From Dehalococcoidia bacterium (GTDB lineage: Bacteria; Chloroflexota; Dehalococcoidia; DSTF01; JACRBR01), in contig JBBDXE010000008.1 in the NCBI GenBank assembly GCA_040902505.1, positions 116,792-180,791 of the forward strand: 64,000 nucleotides of DNA, in the 5' to 3' direction. The notes below the pieces were generated by a model, which did no database searches, was not told the DNA's origin, and was given only the letters and a program-made list of their open reading frames with translations. Position numbers and translations under genes: made by a program. Below are positions 20,233-29,597 of the stretch, piece after piece. Position 1 is the stretch's first letter. Every line of letters begins with the position of its first letter.

Positions 20233-20778
20233 CTAGCGCGCGACGCCTTCGAGCGTCCGCTTCAGCGCCAGCAGCCGTGTGCGTGTGCTCCCGTCGATCA
20301 GCTGGTCCCCGATGCGCGCGATGACCCCGCCGATGATCGACTCGTCCACGAGCGGCGTCACTTCCACCTGCTTGCCCGTCATCGAGGAGAGCCGCTCCTC
20401 CACCGCCCGCCGCTCGTCGTCGGTCAGCGGCACAGCCGTCGTGACCACCGCGTGCGCGACACCCCGGTGCGCATCGACCATCTCCCCGAAGATCCGCGCG
20501 ATGACCGGCGCCAGCGTGATCTTCCCCCGGTCCAGGAGCAGCAGCGCCAGGTTCAGCGCCTGCGGGGCGGCCTGCCCGCTGAGCGCGGCTTCGAGCAGCC
20601 GCCGTTTCTCCTCCCGCGGGATGCGGCCGCTGACCAGCACCGCCGCCACCTCTCCGTCGCTGACGAGGGTGGCGAGTGTCGCCAGGTCGTCGCTCCACTG
20701 GCCGAACGCGTCCGACTCGAGCGCCAGCTCGAAGACGGCTTCGGCGTAGCGGCGCGCGGAAGACTCCTTTACGGCCAC
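20233..20778 (-). CDS. atpH: F1Fo ATP synthase subunit delta (OSCP)
   Basis: GTG start whose first base overlaps the atpF stop (taGTG). VAVKESSARRYAEAVFELA.. is typical of the delta N-terminus. The 319-aa form in the ORF track is rejected. Confidence 0.8.
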   Translation of the reverse strand: MAVKESSARRYAEAVFELALESDAFGQWSDDLATLATLVSDGEVAAVLVSGRIPREEKRRLLEAALSGQAAPQALNLALLLLDRGKITLAPVIARIFGEMVDAHRGVAHAVVTTAVPLTDDERRAVEERLSSMTGKQVEVTPLVDESIIGGVIARIGDQLIDGSTRTRLLALKRTLEGVAR

Positions 20779-21290
20779 TAGTTCTTCTCCCGGAAGCTCG
20801 ACTCCGCGAGCGCCTCGTCGATCAGCCGGCGATGCGCCCCCCGGTCGAGGGATTGGTTGATCACCTTCTCCGCGGCGTCGATCGCCAGTCCGGCGAACTC
20901 CTTCCGCAGCTCCGCGATGGCGCTGTCCCGCTCCAGCTGGATCTCGTTGCGGGCGCGCGCCAGCGTTGCTTCGGCGTCGGCCTGCGCCTGCGCGCGGGCG
21001 TCCTGCTGGATACGTGCTCCGATCTCCTGCGCCTGCGCCACCAGCGCCTGCCCTTCGCGGTGCGCCTGCTGGATCTGCTCCTGCAGCTTCCGCTCCGACT
21101 CCGCCGCCTGCGCCTTCGCCGTTTCGGCCGCGTTCAGACTCTCGGCGATGCGCTCGCGGCGCTCGTCCAACATGCGGGTGAGCGGCCCCCACGCCACGAT
21201 GCGCAGCACCACCAGCAGAATGGTGAAGTTCACCAGCTGCGCGACGAGCACCGGCAGGTTGATGCCGAGGTCGGCGATACCGAGGATCAT
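20778..21290 (-). CDS. atpF: F1Fo ATP synthase subunit b
   Basis: N-terminal TM helix followed by a long charged coiled coil (RERIAESLNAAETAKAQAAESERKLQEQI..). Confidence 0.85.
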   Translation of the reverse strand: MILGIADLGINLPVLVAQLVNFTILLVVLRIVAWGPLTRMLDERRERIAESLNAAETAKAQAAESERKLQEQIQQAHREGQALVAQAQEIGARIQQDARAQAQADAEATLARARNEIQLERDSAIAELRKEFAGLAIDAAEKVINQSLDRGAHRRLIDEALAESSFREKN

Positions 21291-21337
21291 CTGATCATCT
21301 CCTCAGGGAGAGTCATGCGCCCGGGACGTACCCGTCG

Positions 21338-21601
21338 CTAGAACACGAATCCGATCATCACCGCCACGACCAGCGCGTAGATCGCGACCGCCTCGGCGAA
21401 CGCGATCCCCAGGATCATGTTGGTCTGGATGACCGGCTGCGCCTCCGGGTTGCGCCCCAGCGCCTCCATGGCCTTGCCGGTGAGCATGCCGATGGCGATC
21501 GCCGGCCCGGCGCCCCCCACGCCGATCGCCACACCGGCGCCGACGTACTTCAGGCCCACGTCCGTGAATTCGAGCAGCGGGACGAGCATTGCCAGGTCCA
21601 C
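21338..21601 (-). CDS. atpE: F1Fo ATP synthase subunit c
   Basis: 87-aa hairpin proteolipid with GAG..G motifs and the conserved carboxylate in helix 2 (..IAFAEAVAIYALVV). Confidence 0.9.
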   Translation of the reverse strand: MDLAMLVPLLEFTDVGLKYVGAGVAIGVGGAGPAIAIGMLTGKAMEALGRNPEAQPVIQTNMILGIAFAEAVAIYALVVAVMIGFVF

Positions 21602-21682
21602 TTGTGATTCCTCCTACCTCGCCCGCTACGGCGGGCATCTCTCGCGTCGTACAGCCCCCGTCCGCGGGGGATCCTCCTCAGA

Positions 21683-22903
21683 TCAGTGCGCTGCCTGCAG
21701 GGCGGGTTGCGCGTCGTTGTGCGCCTCTTCGTGGTCGTCGTCGTGCCCCTCGTGCGCTGCCACTGCCAGCACGCCGAACACGAGCGTCAGCATCGCGAAC
21801 ACAAAGGCCTGGATCAAGCCGACGAACACCTCTAGGGCGTAGAACGGCAGCGCCACCAGGAACGGCGAAAGAAACGTCATCACCAGCAGCAGGATCTCCC
21901 CCGCCAGCATGTTGCCGAAGAGCCGGAAGGTGAAGCTGATCAGCCGCGCGATTTCGGCGATGAACTCGAGCAATCCCACCACGAAGCCGATCGGGCTACT
22001 GATGTTGAAGAACTTCCCAAAGTAGCGGAACAGCCCCAGCGTCGATATCCCCCAGAACTCGATGAAGATCATCGCCATGATGGCGATGGACAGCGGCGAG
22101 TTGATGTCCGTGTTCATGCTGCGGAAAAACGGGATGAGGATGCCTACCTGCTTGCCGGCCTCATCGAGCTGCGCATAGGCCGCCTCGATGTTCGGCGCGT
22201 CGATGCCCTCCTCTTCATGCAGCGCTTCCAGGATCGCGGCTTCCTGTGCGTGCTCGACGCACTCGCCTTTCTCCTGCTTCAGCCCGGAGGTGTCCTCGCC
22301 CGCCGCCTTCGCCTCGGTGATCTCGTCGTCGAAAGCGGCGCAGGTCGCCGGGTCCACCTCAAACTCGATCTCCTTCTGGTTGGGCATGATCAGCCCGATC
22401 CCGCCCGCGTCCTTGAAGATCACCGCTTCCTTGTGGAACTCCTCCGCGTCCACCTTCTCAATCGTCCCGATGGCGTTGAAGAACGGCAGCAGCGCCATCC
22501 AGTTGGCGATCCAGATGAACGCAAAGATCGTCATCACCACAGGGAAGAACCGGCGCCCGTGCTTCTCGCCGGCCGTGTTGATGCAGACGGTGTACAGCGC
22601 CTCCACCACCGCTTCGGCGGCGTTCTGCAGTCCGCTCGGAATGAGCGAGAGCTTCCGCGTCGCCCGGTAGCCCAGGAAGAGCAGCACCAGCACCACGAAG
22701 ATCGACGTGACGTACGTGTTGACCAGTGGGAAGGGGCCGATGTCCGCGATCGTCTCCGCCTTGATCTCGATGATCGGCTTGGGCCCCCGGAAGAACACGA
22801 AGCCGACGCCGATCAGGACGAACGTGCCCAGGACGAGCGCGATGGTCCGGGGATTCCTCAAGGGGCGTCCTTCTTCTTTGGCACCGGGTTGTCCCGTTCC
22901 CAC
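21683..22903 (-). CDS. atpB: F1Fo ATP synthase subunit a, unusually long (406 aa) with an acidic insertion and a His-rich tail
   Basis: The conserved C-terminal helices carry the stator Arg (..RLFGNMLAGEILLLV..). A ~110-aa acidic insertion (EKVDAEEFHKEAV..EALHEEEGIDAPNIEAAYAQLDEAGKQ) interrupts the TM region. C-terminal tail reads HEGHDDDHEEAHNDAQ. Confidence 0.85.
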   Translation of the reverse strand: MGTGQPGAKEEGRPLRNPRTIALVLGTFVLIGVGFVFFRGPKPIIEIKAETIADIGPFPLVNTYVTSIFVVLVLLFLGYRATRKLSLIPSGLQNAAEAVVEALYTVCINTAGEKHGRRFFPVVMTIFAFIWIANWMALLPFFNAIGTIEKVDAEEFHKEAVIFKDAGGIGLIMPNQKEIEFEVDPATCAAFDDEITEAKAAGEDTSGLKQEKGECVEHAQEAAILEALHEEEGIDAPNIEAAYAQLDEAGKQVGILIPFFRSMNTDINSPLSIAIMAMIFIEFWGISTLGLFRYFGKFFNISSPIGFVVGLLEFIAEIARLISFTFRLFGNMLAGEILLLVMTFLSPFLVALPFYALEVFVGLIQAFVFAMLTLVFGVLAVAAHEGHDDDHEEAHNDAQPALQAAH

Positions 22904-23112
22904 TTCTGGACCGCGGCGATGGTATCCATCAGCATTCGATACCCGCCGTAGAACGCCGTGACCAGCCCCAGCGCCAGCCCTGAGAGCGTCAGGATGCGGC
23001 CCGTGCCGAGGGCCTCATCCAGGAAGTACCCGCCGATGGTCCCGCCGGCGATGCAGACCGCCACGTACGAGCCCAGTCCCAGGAGTTGCACTGCCGGGGT
23101 CAGGCGCTGCAC
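22858..23112 (-). CDS. Putative AtpI/AtpZ-like small membrane protein preceding atpB
   Basis: GTG at 23110-23112. 84 aa with two TM helices (..LLGLGSYVAVCIAGGTIGGYFLD.. and ..LSGLALGLVTAFYGGY..). Overlaps the atpB start by 46 nt, so it is uncertain. Confidence 0.35.
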   Translation of the reverse strand: MQRLTPAVQLLGLGSYVAVCIAGGTIGGYFLDEALGTGRILTLSGLALGLVTAFYGGYRMLMDTIAAVQKWERDNPVPKKKDAP

Positions 23113-23329
23113 GGCCCTGCCTCCCGCGTCCCTTTCGGACTTTGAGAATCCTATCACAAGCGGCTTGGGACGATCAACGTGAAATTTTGCACGAACGGGC
23201 GGCGCCTTCCCGTCCGGCACCGGCGAAGTATGCTGCGTTCCGCTTTGTGGGACAAGAGGATCACAGGCCCGCGGCCCTGCGGTGTGGTTGGGGCCCGTGG
23301 CGCCGCCCCGACGATCGTCGTGGAGCAAG

Positions 23330-24258
23330 ATGGACAAGTATCGAATCCTGACCGACGCGGATGTGACTCGATGGCTCCCCATGCCGGACGCCATCGCGGC
23401 GGTCGAGGGTGCCCTGCTGGCAAAGGAGCACTGGTCGCGCCGCCCAGATTCGATCTGCGCACGGGCTCAGGGGCCCTCGTCTTTACCGCCGGGGCCCTGA
23501 CCGACGGCTCGCTTGCTCACGGCTTCCGCGTCTACGGCGTGTTCCCGAACGCCCCCTCGGACGACCAGCTCGTCGCCGTCTACGACGGGTCGGACGGGAG
23601 GCTCCGCGGCATCGTGATCGGAGGCCTCCTGGGCGAGATGCGAACAGGCGCCACTGGCGGCGTCGCCGTCAAGTACCTGTCCCGGCCGGACGCATCGGGC
23701 GTAGCGCTGATCGGCGGCGGCTCCCAGGCCCGCACCCAGCTCGAAGCCATCGCCTGCGTGCGAGATGTCCGGACGGTCCGCGTCTGCAGCCGGACGAAGA
23801 GCAGCCGCCGGGCCTTCGCGACGGACATGGCCAAGCGGCTGTCCCTTGCGATCGAGCCCGTGGACGGCGCGGAGGCGGCGATGCGCGACGCCGACATCGT
23901 GGTCTGCGCGACGTCGAGCAGGCAGCCGGTGCTCGAAGCGAGCTGGATCCTTCCGGGAGCGCACGTCTCGACGATCGGCCCGAAGCTGCGCGATGCGCAC
24001 GAACTTCCGCTCGCCGTCGCCGAAGCGAGCGCGTTCATCGCCACCGATTCGCCCGCACAGGCGGAGGCCTACGATCCGCCCTTCTTCCTCGCCGGCACGC
24101 CGCACATGGACCGAATGGTCGACCTCGCGGACGTCGTGAGTGGCCGCGTCAGCGTCCCTGGGGCGGTCGGCGGACGCACGCTCTTCTGCTCAGTGGGGCT
24201 GGCCGGGACAGAGGTCGCGGTCGCCGATGTGTTACTGCGACGAGCAGCAAGCCGCTAG
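23330..24258 (+). pseudogene. Ornithine cyclodeaminase / mu-crystallin family gene interrupted by a -1 frameshift near 23430
   Basis: N-terminus MDKYRILTDADVTRWLPMPDAIAAVEGALLAKE is in one frame (from 23330). The rest of the protein (..LVAPPRFDLRTGSGALVFTAGAL.. to the stop at 24258) is in another. The frames meet at ctggcaaaggagcactggtc, where one missing G would restore LAKG-ALVAPPR. Confidence 0.6.
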
Positions 24259-24307
24259 GGAGGGGGAGGCTATCAGCACCGCTGACCCCTTCAACTCCGG
24301 CAGCTCC

Positions 24308-24345
24308 CAGTGACTAACAACCAGTCACCAGCGACCAGCTGCTAG
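24308..24345 (+). repeat. Short-period tandem repeat (GTCACCAG)n between the OCD-like gene and the convergent nuclease gene
   Basis: cagtgactaacaaccagtcaccagcgaccagctgctag. It ends in the stop codon of the minus-strand gene. Confidence 0.65.
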
Positions 24346-24863
24346 CTCTTCCGCTTGTCGAAGTCGTCCAGGTCGAGGCTCTCGATGAAGTCCTTGAACG
24401 GACCCATCCGCTCCAGTTCCTCGGGGTCGACGGGCTTCGTGCCGTCGATGCGCTCCACCGTCTCGCCATCGCGGTCCAGCATCACGCCCGCCTTGTCCAG
24501 CACGGTCTCATTGGCAAAGATCGGCACCTTCACCCGCACCGCCAGGGCGATGGCATCGCTCGGGCGCGAGTCGATCTCCAGCGAATGACCGTTCACGTCC
24601 AGCACGATGCGGGCGTAGAACGTGTCGTTCGTGAGGTCGTTCACGATGATGTGGTTGACCTGCGCTCCCAGCGTGTCGATCACCGACCGGAGGAGGTCGT
24701 GCGTCAGGGGCCGGGCGACCGCCACATCCTGTAGCTGGACGGCGATGGCGTCGGCCTCAGCCGGGCCGATCCAGATCGGCAGGTAGCGGTCGGACGACTT
24801 CTCCCGGAGGATGACCACCCGCTGGTAGTTCATCAGGCTTACCCTGATGCTTTCGATGGTCAT
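24342..24863 (-). CDS. Bifunctional nuclease (DUF151/BFN) family protein
   Basis: ..RYLPIWIGPAEADAIAVQLQDVAVARPLTHDLL.. matches the BFN domain signature. Start at MTIESIRV. Confidence 0.6.
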   Translation of the reverse strand: MTIESIRVSLMNYQRVVILREKSSDRYLPIWIGPAEADAIAVQLQDVAVARPLTHDLLRSVIDTLGAQVNHIIVNDLTNDTFYARIVLDVNGHSLEIDSRPSDAIALAVRVKVPIFANETVLDKAGVMLDRDGETVERIDGTKPVDPEELERMGPFKDFIESLDLDDFDKRKS

Positions 24864-24953
24864 CTCGATCAAAGCCAGCCAACCCTCCAACCCCAACGGG
24901 ATCCAGTCTAGTCACGCCCCAGTTTCGGTGTCAACGAATCAGAACCCGCCCCC

Positions 24954-26330
24954 TCACAGCCCCGTGACACCCGACGACGATGCTGGAGGCGGCCTCACCC
25001 CCACCGACCACTTAGCTTCGAAGTAGATACTGAACCCTGCGATCGTCGCCAACACGGCCGCGATCGCGAACAGCACCGGACTTACACCGAAGATATCGGC
25101 CACTGATCCCGCCACGATAAGAGGCAGGATCCCGACGGCGTTCGCCAGCACCACCTGGGAGGCGAACACCCGCCCCCGCATCTCCACCGGCGCCCGCTCG
25201 TGCAGGACCGTCTGTGCGGGGGCATTGACCCACGAATACGCCAGCCCTAGGGGCCCCGCGAAGGCTGCGGTGAGCAAGACCAGGATGGAGAGCCCGCCCG
25301 CCCGCTCCTCCGCGAAGGGGTTGAGGTCCTCCGTCCGCTCAAGCAGCGCCGCGATGATGTCCACCGACGCCAGCGCGATCACGAAGAGCGTCATCCCGCA
25401 CAACCCCGCGATCACCGTCCGGTTCTTCCCCAGCCGGGTGACCATGAACGGCAGGAAGCGCAACCCCACGATCGCCCCCACCCCCACCGGCGCGAAGATC
25501 GTCACCGCCTTGTCCGGCGAGATCTCCAGGACCGCCTGCATGTAGCGCGGCACGATCACCGCGAACAACAGCACCAGGGAGCTGCCCGTCGCATAGTGGA
25601 TCAGCGCCAGCGTCGCCACCGGGTCCTTCGCAAGCGTCCGCAGCGTGTGGGCGTAGTCGCCTGCGGCGTCGCGGAACTGGCGCATCTTCGGCCACTTCCG
25701 CTCGGGGGATCCGTCGTCGTCTTCGATCGGCGGCATCAGCCATGCGCAGACCACCGCCACCCCGAACATCACCGACGCGATGGCGAACACCCACATTGCG
25801 CCCAGCGTCGGGAGCAGCAACGGCGCCAGGAAGATCATCCCCGCCAGCTGCGACCCCGTGACCGCCATGCTGAACATGCTGTTCGCCGCGATGAGCTGGT
25901 CGCGCGGCACCACCGACGGCACGGTCACAGCGTCCGCCGTCCCGAACACCTGGCTCGCCGTCGCGAAGAACACGCTGATCAGCAGCAGCGCCGTTACGTG
26001 GTCACGGGCGAACAGGAAGCAGAGCGCCAGCCCCAGCCGCGCCACGTTCGTGTAGATCAGCAGCAGCCGCTTGCTCCAGAGGTCCACCAGTACGCCCGAG
26101 AACACCCCGAACAGCACCGACGGCACCACGAACGACAGCACCAAGATCGACGTCACCGTCGAGCCCTTCGTCAGCGACGTCACCAGCACCAGAAGGGTGA
26201 ACAGAATGGCGTTCTGGGCCGACTGTGAGATGAACTGCGCCAGCCACAGCAGCAGAAAGCTGCGATTCGTGAGCACCGGGCGCGGCCGGATCGGCGGCGG
26301 CAGCCGGTAGATGGCGGGGATCGGTCGCAT
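24954..26330 (-). CDS. MFS transporter
   Basis: 458 aa with 12 predicted TM segments. MFS-like loop motifs (..LWSKRLLL..). Confidence 0.7.
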   Translation of the reverse strand: MRPIPAIYRLPPPIRPRPVLTNRSFLLLWLAQFISQSAQNAILFTLLVLVTSLTKGSTVTSILVLSFVVPSVLFGVFSGVLVDLWSKRLLLIYTNVARLGLALCFLFARDHVTALLLISVFFATASQVFGTADAVTVPSVVPRDQLIAANSMFSMAVTGSQLAGMIFLAPLLLPTLGAMWVFAIASVMFGVAVVCAWLMPPIEDDDGSPERKWPKMRQFRDAAGDYAHTLRTLAKDPVATLALIHYATGSSLVLLFAVIVPRYMQAVLEISPDKAVTIFAPVGVGAIVGLRFLPFMVTRLGKNRTVIAGLCGMTLFVIALASVDIIAALLERTEDLNPFAEERAGGLSILVLLTAAFAGPLGLAYSWVNAPAQTVLHERAPVEMRGRVFASQVVLANAVGILPLIVAGSVADIFGVSPVLFAIAAVLATIAGFSIYFEAKWSVGVRPPPASSSGVTGL

Positions 26331-27659
26331 CTACGCGGTACTCCTCCCCGGCATGGCCAGGTTTCGCGCGGCGTAGAACAGCGCCAGCACCCCGCACGTG
26401 ATGGCGACCAGGACGAACACCGGCGACACGCCGATGACGTCCGCCAGCAGGCCCGTGAGCAGCACCGGCGGAATCGATGCCAGATTCGTCAGCACCGTGT
26501 GCGCCGCGAAGATCCGGCCCTGCATCTCCCGCGGCACCCGCTCATTCACGATCGAACGCCCCACCACGTTCACGAACGTGAAGGCGAACGCCAGCTCCGC
26601 CGCCAGCACCGTCGTCACCATGATGCGCGCCGAGCCCTCGCCGAACGGGCCCGGGTCGAACATCCCCAGCAGGTTCCAGCGCTCCAACATGTCGCCCATC
26701 GCCGGCACGAAGCCCAGGAGCAGCACCCCCGCGACCAGCGCCGCGAACGACCCGCCGATGCTCTTCCACGGCGAGACCCGGCCCGACACCTCCCGCACGA
26801 AGCGCAGTGCCAGCCAGATCCCCAGCGCCGCCGGCGCCACCACAAAGATCGCGTTCTCCAGCCCGATGTCCAGCACCTTCGTCGTGAACCGCGGCAGCAG
26901 CGTCGCCACCACCAGCCCCGTCGTGCTAGCCAGCACTGTGATCACCATCGCGATGTAGGCGACGGAGTCAAGCGTCAGCCGGTGCCACGCCTCCGCGAAG
27001 CGCTCGCGGCTCTCCTCGAACGAGATCACCGCCCCGCTCATCTTCCCGCCCAGCCCCTCCAGCAGTAGGAAGTTGAACGCCGCCGCCAGGAACATCGCCG
27101 CGCAGACGATGGCCAGCGCCTCCGGGCCCACCGTCTTCAGGAACACCGCTGGCAGGATCATCAGCCCCGCCACCTGCGAGATCAGCGAGCCCAGGTTGTT
27201 CAGAGAGTTCGCCGACGTCAGCTCGTCCCCCTCCACCACCGCCGGCAGTGCCGCCGCCTCCGCCGGCCCCGAGAACTGCGACCCCACGGCGAAGACCACG
27301 GCGATCACGTAGATCAGCACCAGGTTGTCCGTCGAGATCGCGAGCAGGAGGCACAGTCCTGCCCGCACGGCATTGGTCGCCGCCAGCACGACGCCCTTCG
27401 GCATGCGGTCCACCATCACGCCCGAGATCGTGCCAAGCAGCGCCGACGGCGCGATGTACGCCACCACGAAGAGGCTGCTCGCGAAGCTCTTCCCGGTGTC
27501 CCGCACCACCAGGATCAGCATCGTGTAGACCATGGCGTTGACCGGCGTGCTCGACAGCAGGCGCGCCACCCACAGTCGCCGGTACGCTTCGTTCTCGAAC
27601 AGCGTGCGCTCGCCGACCAGTGCGGAAAGCCGCAGCATCGCCGTCCGCGTGTCCGCCAT
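26331..27659 (-). CDS. MFS transporter (tandem paralog)
   Basis: Start at MADTRTAMLRLS (27657-27659), which forms an ATGA overlap with the stop of the upstream DUF951 gene. The stop abuts the next MFS start. Confidence 0.7.
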   Translation of the reverse strand: MADTRTAMLRLSALVGERTLFENEAYRRLWVARLLSSTPVNAMVYTMLILVVRDTGKSFASSLFVVAYIAPSALLGTISGVMVDRMPKGVVLAATNAVRAGLCLLLAISTDNLVLIYVIAVVFAVGSQFSGPAEAAALPAVVEGDELTSANSLNNLGSLISQVAGLMILPAVFLKTVGPEALAIVCAAMFLAAAFNFLLLEGLGGKMSGAVISFEESRERFAEAWHRLTLDSVAYIAMVITVLASTTGLVVATLLPRFTTKVLDIGLENAIFVVAPAALGIWLALRFVREVSGRVSPWKSIGGSFAALVAGVLLLGFVPAMGDMLERWNLLGMFDPGPFGEGSARIMVTTVLAAELAFAFTFVNVVGRSIVNERVPREMQGRIFAAHTVLTNLASIPPVLLTGLLADVIGVSPVFVLVAITCGVLALFYAARNLAMPGRSTA

Positions 27660-27898
27660 CAGTCGCGCTCCAGCGCGATGCGCACCTGCTCCGGGTCCGG
27701 CTCCGGCCCGCGGCTCACGAACGTCTTCAGCCGCTTCTCCAGCACCCGCCGCTCCAGCAGCACGCGGTGGCCGCACATCTTGCACTTCAGCCCGATGTCC
27801 GCCCCCAGCCGCACCACCTCCCACTCGAAGCCGCCGCAGGGGTGCGGCTTGCGCAGCCGTACCACGTCCTCCATGCGGAAATCGATGATCTCCGCCAT
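27659..27898 (-). CDS. DUF951 family small protein
   Basis: MAEIIDFRMEDVVRLRKPHPCGGFEWEVVRLGADIGLKCKMCGHRVLLERRVLEKRLK: the conserved HPCG..W and C..C pattern of DUF951. The 231-aa form in the ORF track is rejected. Confidence 0.6.
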   Translation of the reverse strand: MAEIIDFRMEDVVRLRKPHPCGGFEWEVVRLGADIGLKCKMCGHRVLLERRVLEKRLKTFVSRGPEPDPEQVRIALERD

Positions 27899-27900
27899 GG

Positions 27901-28731
27901 TCAACCCTTCGTCGCCGAGAGCGCCGCCGCGCGCACGCGGTTGATCTCGTCCCGCAGCCGCAGCGCCTCCCGCCGCGCCGCCGCCGCGAAGTCCGCCCCC
28001 TTCGATGCGTAAATCACCGCCCGCGACGCGTTGATCACCAGCCCAGCGCCCCTCGCGTCCAGCCCTGCCTGCACGGACTCCTCCAGCGCGCCCGCCTGCG
28101 CCCCCACCCCCGGCACCAGGAACGGCAGCCCCGGGCACAGCTCGCGCAGCCGGCGCATCTCTGCTGGATACGTCGCCCCCACCACCAGCCCCACGTTGCC
28201 GTGCCGGTCCCACGACGCCGCCCGCTCGGCCACGACCTCGTACAGCGGGCGGACGCCACCCTCCGTCTGCACCGGCAGGTCTTGCAGGTCGCCGGCGCCC
28301 GGGTTCGATGTCCGGCAGAGAATAAACGCGCCCTTCTCCGGCCGCGACAGCCACGGCTCCGTCGAGTCGCCGCCCACGTACGGGTTCACGGTGCAGGAGT
28401 CGAATCCCAAAACGTCGAAGATCGCCTTCGCATAGGCCTGCGCCGTATTCTCAACGTCGCCCCGCTTCGCGTCGGCCAGCGTGATGATGTGCGGCGGTAT
28501 CGCGTCGAGCGTCCGGCGGAGAGCCGCGTAGCCCCGCTCCGGGCCCAGCGCCTCGTAGAACGCCACGTTCGGCTTGTAGGCGCAGACCAGGTCTGCCGTC
28601 GCCTCGATGATCGCCAGGTTGAACCCCGCCACGTCGTCGACCGGCATGAGCGCCGGGTCGGGGTCGAGGCCGACGCAAAGGAGGCTGCCGCTGCGGCTCC
28701 ACGCCGCTTCTAGCTTCTCCCGGAAGGTCAT
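27901..28731 (-). CDS. pyrF: Orotidine 5'-phosphate decarboxylase (type 2)
   Basis: ..LLCVGLDPD.. and ..ITLADAKRGD.. are typical of PyrF. Confidence 0.85.
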   Translation of the reverse strand: MTFREKLEAAWSRSGSLLCVGLDPDPALMPVDDVAGFNLAIIEATADLVCAYKPNVAFYEALGPERGYAALRRTLDAIPPHIITLADAKRGDVENTAQAYAKAIFDVLGFDSCTVNPYVGGDSTEPWLSRPEKGAFILCRTSNPGAGDLQDLPVQTEGGVRPLYEVVAERAASWDRHGNVGLVVGATYPAEMRRLRELCPGLPFLVPGVGAQAGALEESVQAGLDARGAGLVINASRAVIYASKGADFAAAARREALRLRDEINRVRAAALSATKG

Positions 28732-28759
28732 GTCGCGCTCCCCCGCCGGCGAGGGCGGA

Positions 28760-29551
28760 TCACGGCGCCGCGGCCTCGAGGAGCGCCAGCAGCCGGTCTC
28801 GCACCGCCCCGAACGCCGCCTCGTCGCCGCTCGTAAGGTACAGCACCCCGCCCCCGGCTGCGCGGGCGTTCGCCAGCCCCCGCTCCCCCAGCACCCGGGC
28901 CACCTGCCGCGCCACCGCCCCCGACGGCTCGATCACCGCCACCCCCTCCCCCGCAGCCCGTTCGATCGCCCCCCGCAGGAAGACGTAGTGCGTGCACCCC
29001 AGCGCGATCACGTCCGCCCCTCCCGCCGTCGCCTCCGCGACGTACCGTCGCACGAGCGCGCGCGTCTCCTCGCTATCGATGTCCCCCGCCTCGACGCGCT
29101 CCGCCAGACCCGGCGCCGCCACCGTCCGCACCGTGACCTCCGCCCCATACCGGTCGATCAGCGCCGCCAGCTTCTCCCCGCCCGCCGTCCCCGGCGTCAC
29201 CAGCAGCGCCACCCGGCCCGCCAGCGTGCGCTCCGCTGCCGGCTTCAACGCCGGCTCCATCCCCACGAACGGCACGCCGTCGAACGTCTCCCGCAGCTGC
29301 GCGATGGCGGCGCTCGTCGCCGTGTTGCACGCGACGACGACCAGCTTCGCGCCGCCCGCCAGCAGCTCCCGCGTGACCGCCTCGGCGCGGCCGCGGACCT
29401 CCTCCGGACGCTTCGGGCCGTACGGGAAGTGGGCGGTGTCGGCGTAGTAGATCAGGTCCTCGCCCGGGAGCAGCCGCCGTATCGCCGCGAGCACGCACAG
29501 CCCGCCGGCGCCGGAGTCGAAGATCCCGATCGGTTGGGACGCGTCGAGCAT
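28760..29551 (-). CDS. murI: Glutamate racemase
   Basis: IGIFDSGAGGL and VVACNTAT motifs with the two catalytic Cys. Confidence 0.9.
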   Translation of the reverse strand: MLDASQPIGIFDSGAGGLCVLAAIRRLLPGEDLIYYADTAHFPYGPKRPEEVRGRAEAVTRELLAGGAKLVVVACNTATSAAIAQLRETFDGVPFVGMEPALKPAAERTLAGRVALLVTPGTAGGEKLAALIDRYGAEVTVRTVAAPGLAERVEAGDIDSEETRALVRRYVAEATAGGADVIALGCTHYVFLRGAIERAAGEGVAVIEPSGAVARQVARVLGERGLANARAAGGGVLYLTSGDEAAFGAVRDRLLALLEAAAP

Positions 29552-29597
29552 GCGGGAGCATCGTAGGACAGGCGATCGTGAGGCGTCCAGCGAAGCG

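Noticed and set aside
20233-21192. 319-aa form of atpH, and similarly long forms of other genes (11951..13114, 27659..28354, 51463..53526, 42843..44513, 14019..14426, 14378..14800)
   Set aside because: N-terminal extensions are low-complexity, overlap the upstream gene, and bypass an internal start with a better RBS or overlap context. Shorter forms match expected family lengths.
23179-24258. 359-aa ORF (MKFCTNGRRLPVRH..) as the intact cyclodeaminase gene
   Set aside because: Its first ~90 aa are a low-complexity off-frame read across the atp promoter region. The genuine conserved N-terminus is in the other frame (from 23330), so the locus is better described as frameshifted.
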